DNA of 61,647 nt from Conexivisphaerales archaeon. GTDB lineage: Archaea > Thermoproteota > Nitrososphaeria > Conexivisphaerales > DTJL01. A program made the translations under genes and the position numbers. The notes below the pieces were generated by a model. It was not told the DNA's origin. It worked only from the letters and a program-made list of their open reading frames with translations, and did no database searches. Location: assembly GCA_049509455.1 (NCBI GenBank), contig JBEKZX010000004.1, positions 1 through 61,647 on the forward strand, in the 5' to 3' direction. Every line of letters starts with the position of its first letter. Position 1 is the first letter of the stretch. Positions 12,860 through 23,507 of the stretch are shown here, piece after piece.

Positions 12860-13450
12860 ATGTCACTGGCGCCGAGGACATACACGAAGGTCGAGCTGCT
12901 TCAGTTGCTGCGCGCTCGACTGTCCCCGCTCAGCGACGCGCCTCGCTATCTCGGTCCCGATCACGCCGCCGTCGTCATGCTCGTCACGTTACAAGGTGGC
13001 TCCATCGAAGTCCTCTTCGCCAAGAGGGCGGAGGACCTGCGCGACCCTTGGTCCGGCCAGATCGCCTTCCCTGGGGGCCGGTCGAAGGAGGTCGACACCA
13101 CCCTGGCGCAAACGGCCTGCAGGGAATTCTTTGAAGAGACCTTCGTCGACATCTGCAAGAAGTCCGAGATGCTGGGCATCCTGGAGACCATCAACCCCCG
13201 TAACCTGCCCAGCGTGAGCGTCACGCCCTTTGTCGCCTACTGTGACAGGAAGTTCGTCTTCACGGCTTCCAGCGAGGTGACCGAGGTCTTCTGGGCTCCG
13301 TTAGCGGCTCTCGAGAGGAGAGAGGTGGATGCCCAGGTGGCCGGAAGGGTCATCAGGAATGTCTCCGGCTTCATCTATGGGAGGTACGTCATCTGGGGGC
13401 TGACGGCCCACATATTGGACTCCTTCCGTTCGGTCCTCGCCACAGGTTAG
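12860..13450 (+). CDS. Nudix hydrolase, CoA-pyrophosphatase (NudL-like)
   Basis: SGQIAFPGG, TACREFFEE Nudix box, IWGLTA. Confidence 0.88.
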   Translation: MSLAPRTYTKVELLQLLRARLSPLSDAPRYLGPDHAAVVMLVTLQGGSIEVLFAKRAEDLRDPWSGQIAFPGGRSKEVDTTLAQTACREFFEETFVDICKKSEMLGILETINPRNLPSVSVTPFVAYCDRKFVFTASSEVTEVFWAPLAALERREVDAQVAGRVIRNVSGFIYGRYVIWGLTAHILDSFRSVLATG

Positions 13451-13515
13451 GCAGACGCCGTATGAATCAAAGGCTGCGATAGAACTTAAATACAAACCGC
13501 ATCGGACTTCCATCT

Positions 13516-14049
13516 ATGAAGTCGAAAAATCTCAAGCTGGAGGAGATCCTGGAGAACGAGCTGAAGGGGGAGATGAAGCTCGAGCTCAGCAAGCCGTTCA
13601 GCGCCGTCGAATGGGACGAGGCCCTGGATACGGTCTTCTCCACTCCCATCAGCTACGAGGAGTTCACCAAGAAGATGGGGGACCTCCAGCTCATCAGGGA
13701 GATCGTGGACGCCTTCACCAAGGCAGATTACGATGACGTGGCGCGCTCAGAGAGCCGACGCAAGCAACTTCAAGTCTACAAGAAGAACCTGCAGATGTAC
13801 TACAACCTGATGTTCAGGAAGGGGAAGAAGAGGACCGGCTACGGCGCCCTCATATACTTCCCAAAGCTCAACGAGAAGGAGCCTGAGCGAAGCGGCGGCG
13901 TGGTGCTCTTCTCGAGACTGGTCGTCGATGCCAAGGGGCAGCAGGACCTGACCTTCGAAAGGGCGGCGTTCGACGACTTCCTCTTGGAGGTCCGACCGTA
14001 CGTGGAGCTCCTGGGTGAGCTCTACAGGAAGTCTAAGAAGGGCATGTAG
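13516..14049 (+). CDS. Hypothetical protein whose 3' end is duplicated downstream
   Basis: Strong coding bias, TTAAATA promoter upstream, synonymous-only substitutions relative to the second copy. Confidence 0.85.
   Translation: MKSKNLKLEEILENELKGEMKLELSKPFSAVEWDEALDTVFSTPISYEEFTKKMGDLQLIREIVDAFTKADYDDVARSESRRKQLQVYKKNLQMYYNLMFRKGKKRTGYGALIYFPKLNEKEPERSGGVVLFSRLVVDAKGQQDLTFERAAFDDFLLEVRPYVELLGELYRKSKKGM
13918..14043 (+). repeat. Direct repeat copy 1 (126 bp)
   Basis: Matches 15905-16029 with 4 substitutions and a 1-bp indel. Confidence 0.97.
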
Positions 14050-14112
14050 AGGCAGTGGGTCGCCACTCCAGAAGGACAGATCGACCCCTGCGCTTATCGA
14101 GTGTGCTCCACA

Positions 14113-14200
14113 ATGAAGGTTCCGGTTGCCGGCGTAGGCTACATCGGAAGCTCGCTCGTCCCTCACCTCTGGTTGAAGAGCATTCGGTAACCGTTCTGTC
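14113..14200 (+). pseudogene. N-terminal relic of an NAD-dependent sugar epimerase
   Basis: MKVPVAGVGYIGSSLVPHL, frameshift, then VEEHSVTVL (Rossmann start). Confidence 0.6.
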
Positions 14201-14391
14201 CTCTTCTTCGCTGGCTCACCTGATGAAAGGCGGTCTCTGATCTCTGCGATGCCCTTTTGAGTGCGGATGGCTGAATCCACGAAGAAGTCGACCCTCTTCT
14301 CGTTGGCTAACTCCGGCCGACAGAACAGGACCATCTTCCTTTTGTCGACGTCTGCCTTTCTATTTTGGCGATGGCGCTCCCCCTCTTACAC

Positions 14392-14442
14392 CCCTTCGGC
14401 GATGGGCACGCCGCTGAGCGGATTGTCAAGGTACTAGCGGAT
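14392..14442 (+). pseudogene. C-terminal relic of UDP-GlcNAc 2-epimerase
   Basis: PFGDGHAAERIVKVLAD aligns to NPFGDGKAAVRIVGTI of the intact wecB. Confidence 0.6.
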
Positions 14443-14953
14443 ATACCAGCATACGGACCTTGGGATGTCTTGCGTCCTCTCCTCCCTTGTGAGGTTCTCC
14501 ACTGCCGACGCGACCCTCGCCGTCTGTAGGAAGCCGACGAGGTCCGGCGACCCGCTAGGCTCCCTGGTCACAATGGGCTTGGAAGCTGAGGGCTGTTCTG
14601 AGGGTTCGCTTTGCACATTTCCTTTCTCAGCGTGTTCCGGAGGGGGGCCTTTCCTCTTCTCTCACTTTCCACTTGAGCTTGGAGAAGTCCTCCACCATAT
14701 GATCGACGGCCTTGACGTTGTGCTTGGAGTCCTTGGCAATCCGGGTGACAATCTTCAGGACCGTCGGGCAACAGGTGCCGTCCTCCTCTCCGCTCGGCTC
14801 GGGGCCCCTCCTCTGGCCCAGCAGGTGGTATGCGGCCTTGGAGCGCGTGAGGCCCGCTTCTCTGGCTGCTCCCTCGATGCTGTAGCCGAGCTCTCAGTGA
14901 AGCCTGCGGGCCTTCTCTACCTTCTCCTCCTCCGACGTCTTTCTGGCCATCAT
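14434..14953 (-). pseudogene. Degraded HTH-containing gene
   Basis: MMARKTSEEEKVEKARRLH*ELGYSIEGAAREAGLTRSKAAYHL with in-frame stops; TTATA upstream. Confidence 0.5.
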
Positions 14954-15904
14954 TGTTAGCCTGAGAGGAATCTAGGAATTCTGGGATATAAGGCGAGCTC
15001 AGTGGTCATGAGACGAGAAATGCCAGGCGGAAGACAGAGAAGACAAGGGCATCGTCGCTCGTTCCAAGAAACGACCGAACACGGGCCGTGAGTAGGCACC
15101 CCCCCCCAAGGCCGCTATAACCATTATAATCGATGCTCCGCGGGGTTGCGGTTAGCTGGCCGAGGGAAAGACCATCAGGGCACCATTGGTCGCACGAGGA
15201 GCACGTGTGGGACAGGTGGTCGCCTCTCGGAGCCCCCGTCATGATTTGCTAGCCTTCGATTCGACCGTTCCCGTCCATGCGGGGTTAAGAGCCGGTAGCG
15301 GCTCGCGACGTAGGTGTCCTTGCCCGAAGTTGGAGCCTCCGTCCCGAAGAAGATCAAGTCATTCATAGCTGTCCTCTCAGGCATGGAGTTGTAGATGCTG
15401 AAGGAGCGCAAAGGGTACGGGTCCGACGGCCTGAGAGACCGGATGGCGGCCTACCTCATGGAGGCCCGGGTGGGCGCTGGAGCTCGACGGAGGGAAGGAG
15501 GCGAAATGAAGGCTGCCGGACGGGTGGCCACCATCCCCGGGAGGAAGAGAGGCCCCTGCCAGCCCGTCCTCGTCGTCTTCATTGGCGAGCTCGACAACTG
15601 CGACGTCCTCCTCTTCGAGTCCGTGGAGTACCTGGCGGCCAGGTGCAGGAACGTCACGAAGTCCGTCATCTTCCACGCCGCTTTCTGGAGCGTCTTCTCC
15701 GCAGGTATCCCAGGGAGTCCTCCCTGAATATCTTGGCGGCGTCCCTTTAATCCGACTTTATCAGCGCCTTCCTCTCGGGCGGGGCCAAGTTCATGAAGAC
15801 GTTCGGCCCGAAGAACGCGGCATGCGTCATAGCGGTCAACACCCGCCAGCGACCCCAGCCGGTAAGGCGTCGTCGAGTTGACGCCTGAGGGGAGGCCCTG
15901 AGGG

Positions 15905-16029
15905 CTGGTCGTCGACGCCAAGGGCAGCAGGACCTAACCTTCGAAAGGGCGGCGTTCGACGACTTCCTCCTGGAGGTCCGACCGTACGTGGAGCTCCTGG
16001 GTGAGCTCTACAGGAAGTCCAAGAAGGGC
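15905..16029 (+). repeat. Direct repeat copy 2 (125 bp), orphan gene 3' end
   Basis: Matches 13918-14043. Confidence 0.97.
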
Positions 16030-16123
16030 CTCCAGTCGTTCCTGCCGGGTAAGTCGACCGAAGTAGATGGGCCCCCTCTCTGCGGCAATCGGCTTAAGTA
16101 CATCAGCTAATCTAAGCGATATC

Positions 16124-17668
16124 ATGGAGGATGAGACCGAGGAAGGGCGGTCGACGGCAAGAGGCCTTTACAACCTCTTCCTCGGTAACTTCACCTCGAC
16201 CCTGCTGCTGGCCGTATGCGCGATTGCCGTCGGGAGGATCCTCGGCCCCAGTGACTACGGGCTGTACTCTGTGGCGCTCATCCTCCCTGGGTACGTGTAC
16301 CTCGCTATTCAACTGGGCATCCCTTCGGCAGCCACCCGTTTCTCCGCAAAATATGCAGCCGAGGGTGATCGGAAAAAGGGGGTATCGTTCATTCAGTCTC
16401 TCCTGATTTTCCAGCTGCTTCTGTCGCTCCTCTCCCTGGCTGTCATCATCCCCCTGGATTCGCTGATAGCTGTCTCCGTCCTCAACAGGGCCGATGTGGC
16501 GGGATTGCTCCCCGTCGCCGTTATCTCCGTCGTCGGAAACGCGGTCTACTACACCGGGACGGCGGGCTTCCAGGGGCTGGCGAGGATGGACCGTTCGGCC
16601 ATGCTCCAGGTCTTTCAGGCCTTGATAAAGCTCGTCGCGTCCGTTGCGCTGATCCTGGTTGGTTTCGGGGTCTTTGGCGCATTGGTTGGAAACACACTAT
16701 CGTTGATGGTATCGGGCGTCGCCGGCCTGTTGCTTATCATGGCACTGGGGGGTAGGCCATCGCCTAAGGAGATGTGGGGAGATATCAGAGTAGCCCTCGG
16801 ATATTCTGCTCCACTTTATCTGGCGGCGACGGTTTCAGGACTCCTCAGTCCGTATAGCAGTACCTTGCTTGCCAACTTCGTCTCCAACGCTCAGATTGGA
16901 GGATACGGCGCCGCCATCAACATTTCTGCGTTGGTCACTCTCTTCGTCTTTCCGATCGCAACGGCGCTCCTGCCCATCTTCAGTGGCCTGGGGGAAGACA
17001 GGGCGAAGCAAATCGATGTCTACCAGACGACGGCTAGGTTTTCAGCGCTCGTAATCGTGCCTGTGACGATGCTGATAATAACGCTCTCCACTCCTCTGAC
17101 CGCCGCGCTCTACGGTAGGGCTTATGGGTTCGCCGGCATCTTCCTGGTCGGGGCCGTAGCCCCCAATCTCTATGCCGGTCTGGGGAGCGTCGTCCAGGGC
17201 CCTTTTCTCGCGGGGACCGGTCAGACGAGGAAGTACATGAACGCCGTAATCATCGCTTCGGTGTTAGCCCTTATTTCCGCCACTGTCCTGACGCCAGTGA
17301 TCGGGGTCTTCGGGGTCATTGCGGCCAATATTTTGGCGCAGACTGTTTCCTTGGCTTTATGCATGAGGGCCATCAGAGGGGCGCTGGGGCGGAGTTTGCC
17401 CAGCGGAAACCTTTGGAAGATATATCCCGCCTCGGCGGGCGCTTGTTTGGCCGCCTTCGCTGTCTCGCTGTTGCCTCTACATCCCATTATTCTGACGCTA
17501 TTCGGAGGGGTGGTCTTCATACTGGTTCTGGTTCCACTGCTTGCGCTGACGCGCACGGTGAACAGCCAGGAGGTCGCATCCCTGGCGACCTACTTCAGCA
17601 GCGTCAGGCCTCTATCTTGGCTTTTCACCGTGATCGTCATGTATTACGAGCTGTTCTCCAAGGCTTGA
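16124..17668 (+). CDS. Oligosaccharide flippase (Wzx/RfbX, MOP superfamily)
   Basis: GRILGPSDYGLY, GYGAA, LLPIFS, many TM segments. Confidence 0.9.
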   Translation: MEDETEEGRSTARGLYNLFLGNFTSTLLLAVCAIAVGRILGPSDYGLYSVALILPGYVYLAIQLGIPSAATRFSAKYAAEGDRKKGVSFIQSLLIFQLLLSLLSLAVIIPLDSLIAVSVLNRADVAGLLPVAVISVVGNAVYYTGTAGFQGLARMDRSAMLQVFQALIKLVASVALILVGFGVFGALVGNTLSLMVSGVAGLLLIMALGGRPSPKEMWGDIRVALGYSAPLYLAATVSGLLSPYSSTLLANFVSNAQIGGYGAAINISALVTLFVFPIATALLPIFSGLGEDRAKQIDVYQTTARFSALVIVPVTMLIITLSTPLTAALYGRAYGFAGIFLVGAVAPNLYAGLGSVVQGPFLAGTGQTRKYMNAVIIASVLALISATVLTPVIGVFGVIAANILAQTVSLALCMRAIRGALGRSLPSGNLWKIYPASAGACLAAFAVSLLPLHPIILTLFGGVVFILVLVPLLALTRTVNSQEVASLATYFSSVRPLSWLFTVIVMYYELFSKA

Positions 17669-17689
17669 ACGGCCGTCATCCCCCCGAAG

Positions 17690-18639
17690 ACCTGGCAGCT
17701 TTCCGCTCCCTCGCATGGCATAGAGGGTCTTTTCGATGGACTGCAAGCTGCTGAGGGTGGGTGTCCAACCCAGTTCCTTTGTCCTGTTGACATCCAGAAG
17801 AATTAACTTCACATCGCCGTTCGAACCACTTTCGTCGTCCACTCCGCCCATTAGGTCCAAATGAGTATCCACTTTCGTGGCATTGAGCAAAGCCTCTGAA
17901 ATCTCCAGCACGCTGGCCTGGTTCTTCGAACCTACATTGTAGGTGCAGATGCCGGAGGAAGCCTCGCTCGCCTTGATGATGGCCTTGACGCTGTCGTCGA
18001 CGTAGAGGTGGGATTTCCTCTGCCTCCCGTCTCCAAGGATCTCGAGTTCGAGCGGGTCACGTTTCAGCTTCTCGACGAAGTCTGAACGATGCCGTGCATG
18101 CTTTCTTCTCCCACGGTGTTGGCCAGTCTTAGGACCAAGACATCAAACCCGAACGAATTCGAATGCCCAGACAGGATCGCCTCCGAAGCCAGCTCCGCGT
18201 CTCCGTAGGGGGAGATGGGCAGCAGGGAGGAATAGTCCTCGGGTGTCGGAATCACGGTCGCATCCCCACAGAGTGTGGAAGATGGAGTGAATACGAACTT
18301 GCTCGCTCCGCAAGACCCTGTCGCCTTCAGCAGGACTTCGGTGGCCAGCACGTTCTCCGTGAAGCAATTCCAAGGGTAACCGCGGCAAAGCCGCACGTCT
18401 GGCCGCGCAGCCAAGTGGAAAACGATGCCAACATTTCCAAGCGTAATCCTTGCGTCTACTTTTTTCCTCCAGTCGTCCTTAACAAATTCGAAACCATCCT
18501 TGCCCATGAAATCCACAAGGTACCACACATATCCTAAGTTCAGGTCATCCAAGGCAATGACTTGGTGTCGCTTCTTAATGGGAGAAATGCCTAGCCTGCT
18601 TCCAATAAAACCGGCTCCTCCTGTAACGAGTGCCCGCAT
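17690..18639 (-). pseudogene. UDP-glucose 4-epimerase-like pseudogene
   Basis: VTGGAGFIGS; catalytic YxxxK altered to YGDAE; frameshift near 18085, continuing ILGDGRQRKSHLYVDD...LGWTP. Confidence 0.82.
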
Positions 18640-18879
18640 GATATGGGTCTCGGACATAGTCTAATCGGAGCCTCCTTTAGACGCCATCAGGTTGACATCA
18701 GATTCGGCTGGTCACTGGACGCAGTTGTCAGGGCGCCTGTCCGGGGAGGTGCGACCCTAGGAGATCTGTTAGGTCCACAGGATGTTACCTAGGGCCGACC
18801 TCATCGGTCAATCCTTTCTGCAAATTGGGTCACGACAAGATTATATATGCATCTTAGGGGATTCCGCTGAGATAGCACT

Positions 18880-19806
18880 GTGTCTGATATCTTGGTTCTG
18901 GGAAGCGAGGGTGTTGTCGGGAAACCGCTTTGCGCAGAGCTCGAAAGGAGGGGCCACACGCTTTGGAGGGCCGACGTCAGACACTCAGACAAGCGTAACT
19001 ACATCCGATGCGATGTCTCTCAGTACCGCCAGGTCGAGGAAGTTTGTTGCCGGAAATATGACTATGTATACAATCTGGCCGCCGAATTTGGCAGGAAGAA
19101 CGGGGAGGACTATTACGAACAGCTATGGAACACGAACGTCGTGGGGCTAAAGCACATTCTTAGGCTGCAGCGCTCCAAGGGCTTCCGCCTCATCCAGTTC
19201 TCCAGCTCGGAGATCTATGGCGAGCCACCGCTCGCCGAAGGCGCCTACCTTGAAGAGAAGCTCTCGGACACCATGGCGCTCAAGCAGAATAACGACTATG
19301 CCATAAGCAAATGGGTCAACGAGTTACAGATGCGAAACGCCGCCATCGTGGATGGCATTGAGGCGGTGACGGTGAGGCTTTTTAACGCGTACGGACCGGG
19401 GGAGTACTTCACGCCGTACAGGAGCGTCGTCTGCCAGTTCATCTACAAGGCTCTCAAGAAGGAGCCCTTCGACGTCTTTCTTGGATACAAGCGCGTCTTC
19501 ATGTACATCGACGATCTTATCCCTACGCTGGCGAACATTGCCGACCGTTTCAAGCAGGGCAGGGTGTACAACATCGGCGGCACCGAGTTCGTCGAAGTGA
19601 AGGTGGTCTCTGACTTGATCCTCAAGAACCTCGGATTGAACGACGCCAAAGTCCGCTATCTTCCGTTCGAGAAACACAACACCAAGAGCAAGCGGCCCTC
19701 GATACAGCTGGCAAGGGTCGAGCTAGGTCACAACCCATCCACTCCCCTGACCGTGGGGATTCCGAAGACGATTGACTGGATGAAGGAAGCCTACGGCTTT
19801 CGCTGA
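18880..19806 (+). CDS. NAD-dependent epimerase/dehydratase
   Basis: GSEGVVG, FSSSEIYG, YAISK, RLFNAYGPGE. Confidence 0.92.
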   Translation: MSDILVLGSEGVVGKPLCAELERRGHTLWRADVRHSDKRNYIRCDVSQYRQVEEVCCRKYDYVYNLAAEFGRKNGEDYYEQLWNTNVVGLKHILRLQRSKGFRLIQFSSSEIYGEPPLAEGAYLEEKLSDTMALKQNNDYAISKWVNELQMRNAAIVDGIEAVTVRLFNAYGPGEYFTPYRSVVCQFIYKALKKEPFDVFLGYKRVFMYIDDLIPTLANIADRFKQGRVYNIGGTEFVEVKVVSDLILKNLGLNDAKVRYLPFEKHNTKSKRPSIQLARVELGHNPSTPLTVGIPKTIDWMKEAYGFR

Positions 19807-19822
19807 CCGGAGATACCTGAAC

Positions 19823-21193
19823 ATGTACGACGTCTGCGTTGTCGGCCTGGGCTACGTGGGCCTTCCGACGGCGTGCGCTTTCGCATCAAAAGGCTTCAAG
19901 ACGGTGGGCGTCGATCTCCGGGAGGACATAGTGGACAAGATTGGTAGAGGCGAAAGCTACCTGACAGAGCCTGGCGTCGCCAAGGTCGTCAAGGAGGTCG
20001 TCTCTAGGGGCCTTCTTAGTGCGACGTCGGACCTCGCCGCCGCCGTAGGTCAGGCCAGGGCCGTCATCGTCGCCGTTCAAACTCCCTTCCGAAACGGAGA
20101 GGCTGAGCTGGGGTTTCTGAAGAAGGCCGGTGAATCCGTCGCGGCCTCACTCCGCAAAGGGTCTCTAGTGCTAGTGGAGAGCTCGGTCCCCCCAGGGACC
20201 TGCTCGAAGGACATCCTTCCGTCATTCTCCGAAAGGGGATTCGTTGATGGGAAGAACTTCTTCTTCGCCTACTGCCCTGAACGCATTGCGCCTGGCAACT
20301 CCCTCTTCGAATTCGTGAACAACGACCGGATCGTCGGCTTCGAAGTCGCCTCCAGCGGAGAGAAGGTGGTGGAGCTGCTGGGGGCCGTCACCCAAGGAGC
20401 GATACACACCACTGACATCCTGACTGCGGAGACTGTCAAGCTCGTTGAAAACACCGCGCGCGACGTCTACATAGGGTTCGCAAACGAGCTTTCGAAGTTC
20501 TGCGTCGAAATCGGGGTCGACGTTTGGGACGTCGTCCGCCTGGCCAACACCCATCCGAGGGTCAAGATCCTCAGACCCGGCCCGGGCGTGGGGGGACCAT
20601 GCCTGAGCAAGGACCCCTATATGCTGTTGCAGGCAGGGATTGCCCGCGATTCGAACAAGGCATCGTTGACGAGATTGGCCAGGGAAGTCAACGAAAACAT
20701 GTTTGAAGACGTCTTGACGCTGGTTCACGCAGGATTGGCGGGAGCTCCCCTGGGCGCCAAGATAGCCGTGCTCGGGACGTCATACAAGCCGGAGGTAGGA
20801 GATTCCAGGGCCAGCCCATCGGAGAAGGTGATAGGAAGTCTGATGGCCGAAGGCTATGCTGTATCGACTTTTGACCCCTTCTGCTCGGAGACCTTCGGCG
20901 GCACATCGTCCAAGGACGTCAAGGGGGCGGTCAAGGGAGCGGTCTGTGCCGTCTTCATGGTGGGCCACGAGGCGTTCAAGAAGATAGCCTTGGATGAACT
21001 GGCCTCCCTAATGGTCGATGGCGCGTTCGTCGTGGATGCCGTCGGCGTGCTTCCCGTGAGGGACGGGACTCACCCAGGTTTCAGGGTCCTCAGGCTCGGA
21101 GGGAGGAGCGCACACGAAGTTACTCATCCTTCTGGTTCACGTCGCCGGTCTGACGAAAGACGCGTTACAAAGCGATCGAACTCTTCGCTATGA
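19823..21193 (+). CDS. wecC: Nucleotide-sugar dehydrogenase (UDP-ManNAc dehydrogenase WecC-like)
   Basis: GLGYVGLP, CPERIAPG, KLVEN, GPGVGGPC. Confidence 0.85.
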   Translation: MYDVCVVGLGYVGLPTACAFASKGFKTVGVDLREDIVDKIGRGESYLTEPGVAKVVKEVVSRGLLSATSDLAAAVGQARAVIVAVQTPFRNGEAELGFLKKAGESVAASLRKGSLVLVESSVPPGTCSKDILPSFSERGFVDGKNFFFAYCPERIAPGNSLFEFVNNDRIVGFEVASSGEKVVELLGAVTQGAIHTTDILTAETVKLVENTARDVYIGFANELSKFCVEIGVDVWDVVRLANTHPRVKILRPGPGVGGPCLSKDPYMLLQAGIARDSNKASLTRLAREVNENMFEDVLTLVHAGLAGAPLGAKIAVLGTSYKPEVGDSRASPSEKVIGSLMAEGYAVSTFDPFCSETFGGTSSKDVKGAVKGAVCAVFMVGHEAFKKIALDELASLMVDGAFVVDAVGVLPVRDGTHPGFRVLRLGGRSAHEVTHPSGSRRRSDERRVTKRSNSSL

Positions 21194-22191
21194 AGGCCTC
21201 CGTCAACTGATTTGATGAGATCGGCGCGGTCCACCGTCGTCGCCTTTGCCTCGCGTTCAAATGCAGGAAGGGCCTTCGAAGCAGCCAGCACGACCAGGCG
21301 GCTCCGGGACTCTCTGGTCTCCAGAATGTACCGGCCAAGGAATTCGGCCGTGTAAGGGTACTCAATCTTGCGCTCCAGCATGAGGAGGACAAAACAGGGC
21401 GCGAACTTGTCCACTAGAGGGCCCAGCAGGCCAAGTGACGAGAGGGTCTTCAGGAGGCGGAGCCTGACCACCTCGATTCCCTTCAGCATCTTCACTTTGT
21501 CCCGGGACGTCTGCGCGCCGTGAACCCTATAGAACATCGGCGCACCCGGAAGAGCGACTGCCCTTAGGCCGAGGGCGCTGTAGCGCATCCACAGGTCGCC
21601 GTCGGGGTCCACGTTCCGAAGGAAAGGATCAAACTCGCCTGATAGCAGGGAGGACCTGCGTATCATAACCGAGCTCCCGTTGACGGGGTTCCTGAAAAGC
21701 ATCATCATCAACATCAACCCGGGGTCACCCGTGAATATCGGATTGAGCAGCCTCATTCTCGGCATATAGTTGGGCTGAACTAGGTGCGCCGAACTCATAG
21801 CGCTCCCCGCATAATAGTCCTGATAGTAGCTCCACGCGGCCCCCGTCCTGGCCATCGCGGTCAACTGATGTTCTGTCTTGCGCTCGTCGACTAATGCGTC
21901 GTCTGAGCTAAGCCAGCAGACGAACTCGCCGGAGGAAGCTGAGAAGCCTGTCCGGAGCGCGTTCGCGGCGCCGCCGTTTCTCTTGAGATCAATTAGCGAA
22001 CACCTAGTGGCACCGGGAGCCTGCGCAAAGGACCTTCGGGCTGTCTCTGACGTGTCGTCGGTGGAGGCATCATTAACGACGATGACTTCCAGGGGCTTGT
22101 ACCCCTGCACGAAGACCGACTGGATTGCGTCGGGCAGGAACCGGGACATGTTGTATGAGGGTATCACAACGCTTACCAGAGGCGCCTCCAA
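21124..22191 (-). CDS. Glycosyltransferase family 2
   Basis: VSVVIPSYN, VVNDASTD, LSSDD. Confidence 0.9.
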   Translation of the reverse strand: MEAPLVSVVIPSYNMSRFLPDAIQSVFVQGYKPLEVIVVNDASTDDTSETARRSFAQAPGATRCSLIDLKRNGGAANALRTGFSASSGEFVCWLSSDDALVDERKTEHQLTAMARTGAAWSYYQDYYAGSAMSSAHLVQPNYMPRMRLLNPIFTGDPGLMLMMMLFRNPVNGSSVMIRRSSLLSGEFDPFLRNVDPDGDLWMRYSALGLRAVALPGAPMFYRVHGAQTSRDKVKMLKGIEVVRLRLLKTLSSLGLLGPLVDKFAPCFVLLMLERKIEYPYTAEFLGRYILETRESRSRLVVLAASKALPAFEREAKATTVDRADLIKSVDGGLHSEEFDRFVTRLSSDRRREPEG

Positions 22192-22325
22192 TCAACACAT
22201 CGCCTCCGGTCTCCCGCCATCTCCGCCATGGGCGCGACGGCAAGAATCTCTGACCGAGACCGCCCCCTCTTCCAGATATGCTTCGTTGCCCAACCAATAT
22301 AAGAACGTTTGAGCCTAGCGGAGAC

Positions 22326-23456
22326 GTGCCAAGTTCGCGCGTTGGAGGAGGCCCCCGAAGGGCAGAACGAGCCGCCTGCCCTCGCTCCGTCGCAGTGGTG
22401 ATGGGCACCAGGCCTGAAATCATCAAGATGTCGCCTATCATAAGGGCGCTTCAGGCCAGCGGGCAGGAGTTCTACACCGTCTTCACCGGACAGCACCATT
22501 CTTATGATCTCTCGCGAGTATTCTTCAGGCAGCTCCGTCTTCCTAGCCCCGAATTCAGCCTCAGAGTGGGCTCCGGGACCCACGCGGAGGAGACTGCCAA
22601 GATCCTCGTTGGAGTCGAAAAGGTCCTGACGAAGGAGAGGCCATCGGTCGTGCTAGTGGAGGGGGACACCAACACCGTCCTGGGGGGCGCGCTGGCGGCG
22701 GCCAAGCTCGGTGTGCCCTGCGCGCACGTGGAAGCCGGGCTGAGAAGCAACGACAGGAGAATGCCGGAGGAGATCAATCGCGTCTTGGTCGACCATCTGG
22801 CCGACTTCCTCTTCGCTCCGACCGATGAGGCCAGGAACAACCTGATTCGAGAAGGGCTACCGGACGGGAAGATACATGTGGTCGGCAATACCATAGTGGA
22901 CGCGGTCAAAGAGAACCTTGTCCTCGCCTCCGAGACAAGGCTGAACATTCGTGCCGCTCGAGGGCCTTTTGCACTTCTTACTCTGCATAGGGAGGAGAAC
23001 GTGGACGACCCGGCCCGGCTAAAGAGGATTGTTCGCGGAGTGGAATTGGTCTCCAGGAAGACAGGATTACCTGTCGTATACCCCATGCACCCGAGAACTA
23101 GGAAACGATGCGCCCAGTTCAGCATCAGTTTTCCTACAGGGGTCTTTCTTCTGTTTCCCTTGGATTACCTGAGGTTCTTGAAACTCGAGAGCACCGCCTC
23201 CATCGTGTTGACCGACTCGGGAGGCGTGCAGGAGGAGGCCTGCATCTTGAAGGTCCCTTGCGTTACCTTGCGGGATAACACCGAAAGGCCGGAGACAGTT
23301 GAAGTGGGAGCTAATGTCGTGGCTGGGACTCGGCCAGACAACATTCTCAGATCCACGGAGACCATGCTGAGGAGAAGGCGGGACTGGCCGAACCCCTTCG
23401 GCGACGGCAAAGCCGCCGTGAGGATAGTCGGGACGATTACCTCAGGGCATAAGTGA
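22326..23456 (+). CDS. wecB: UDP-N-acetylglucosamine 2-epimerase (non-hydrolysing)
   Basis: GTRPEIIK, TGQH, HVEAGLRS, PEEINR, TDSGGVQEEA, TERPE; start codon approximate. Confidence 0.95.
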   Translation: MPSSRVGGGPRRAERAACPRSVAVVMGTRPEIIKMSPIIRALQASGQEFYTVFTGQHHSYDLSRVFFRQLRLPSPEFSLRVGSGTHAEETAKILVGVEKVLTKERPSVVLVEGDTNTVLGGALAAAKLGVPCAHVEAGLRSNDRRMPEEINRVLVDHLADFLFAPTDEARNNLIREGLPDGKIHVVGNTIVDAVKENLVLASETRLNIRAARGPFALLTLHREENVDDPARLKRIVRGVELVSRKTGLPVVYPMHPRTRKRCAQFSISFPTGVFLLFPLDYLRFLKLESTASIVLTDSGGVQEEACILKVPCVTLRDNTERPETVEVGANVVAGTRPDNILRSTETMLRRRRDWPNPFGDGKAAVRIVGTITSGHK

Positions 23457-23507
23457 CCGGGCCCACCAGCAAAGATTCATCTATCTGAGCCACCCAAGAA
23501 ATTCAGG

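Noticed and set aside
21124-21193. 70-bp convergent overlap of wecC and the GT2 gene
   Set aside because: Most likely stop-codon drift giving low-complexity tails
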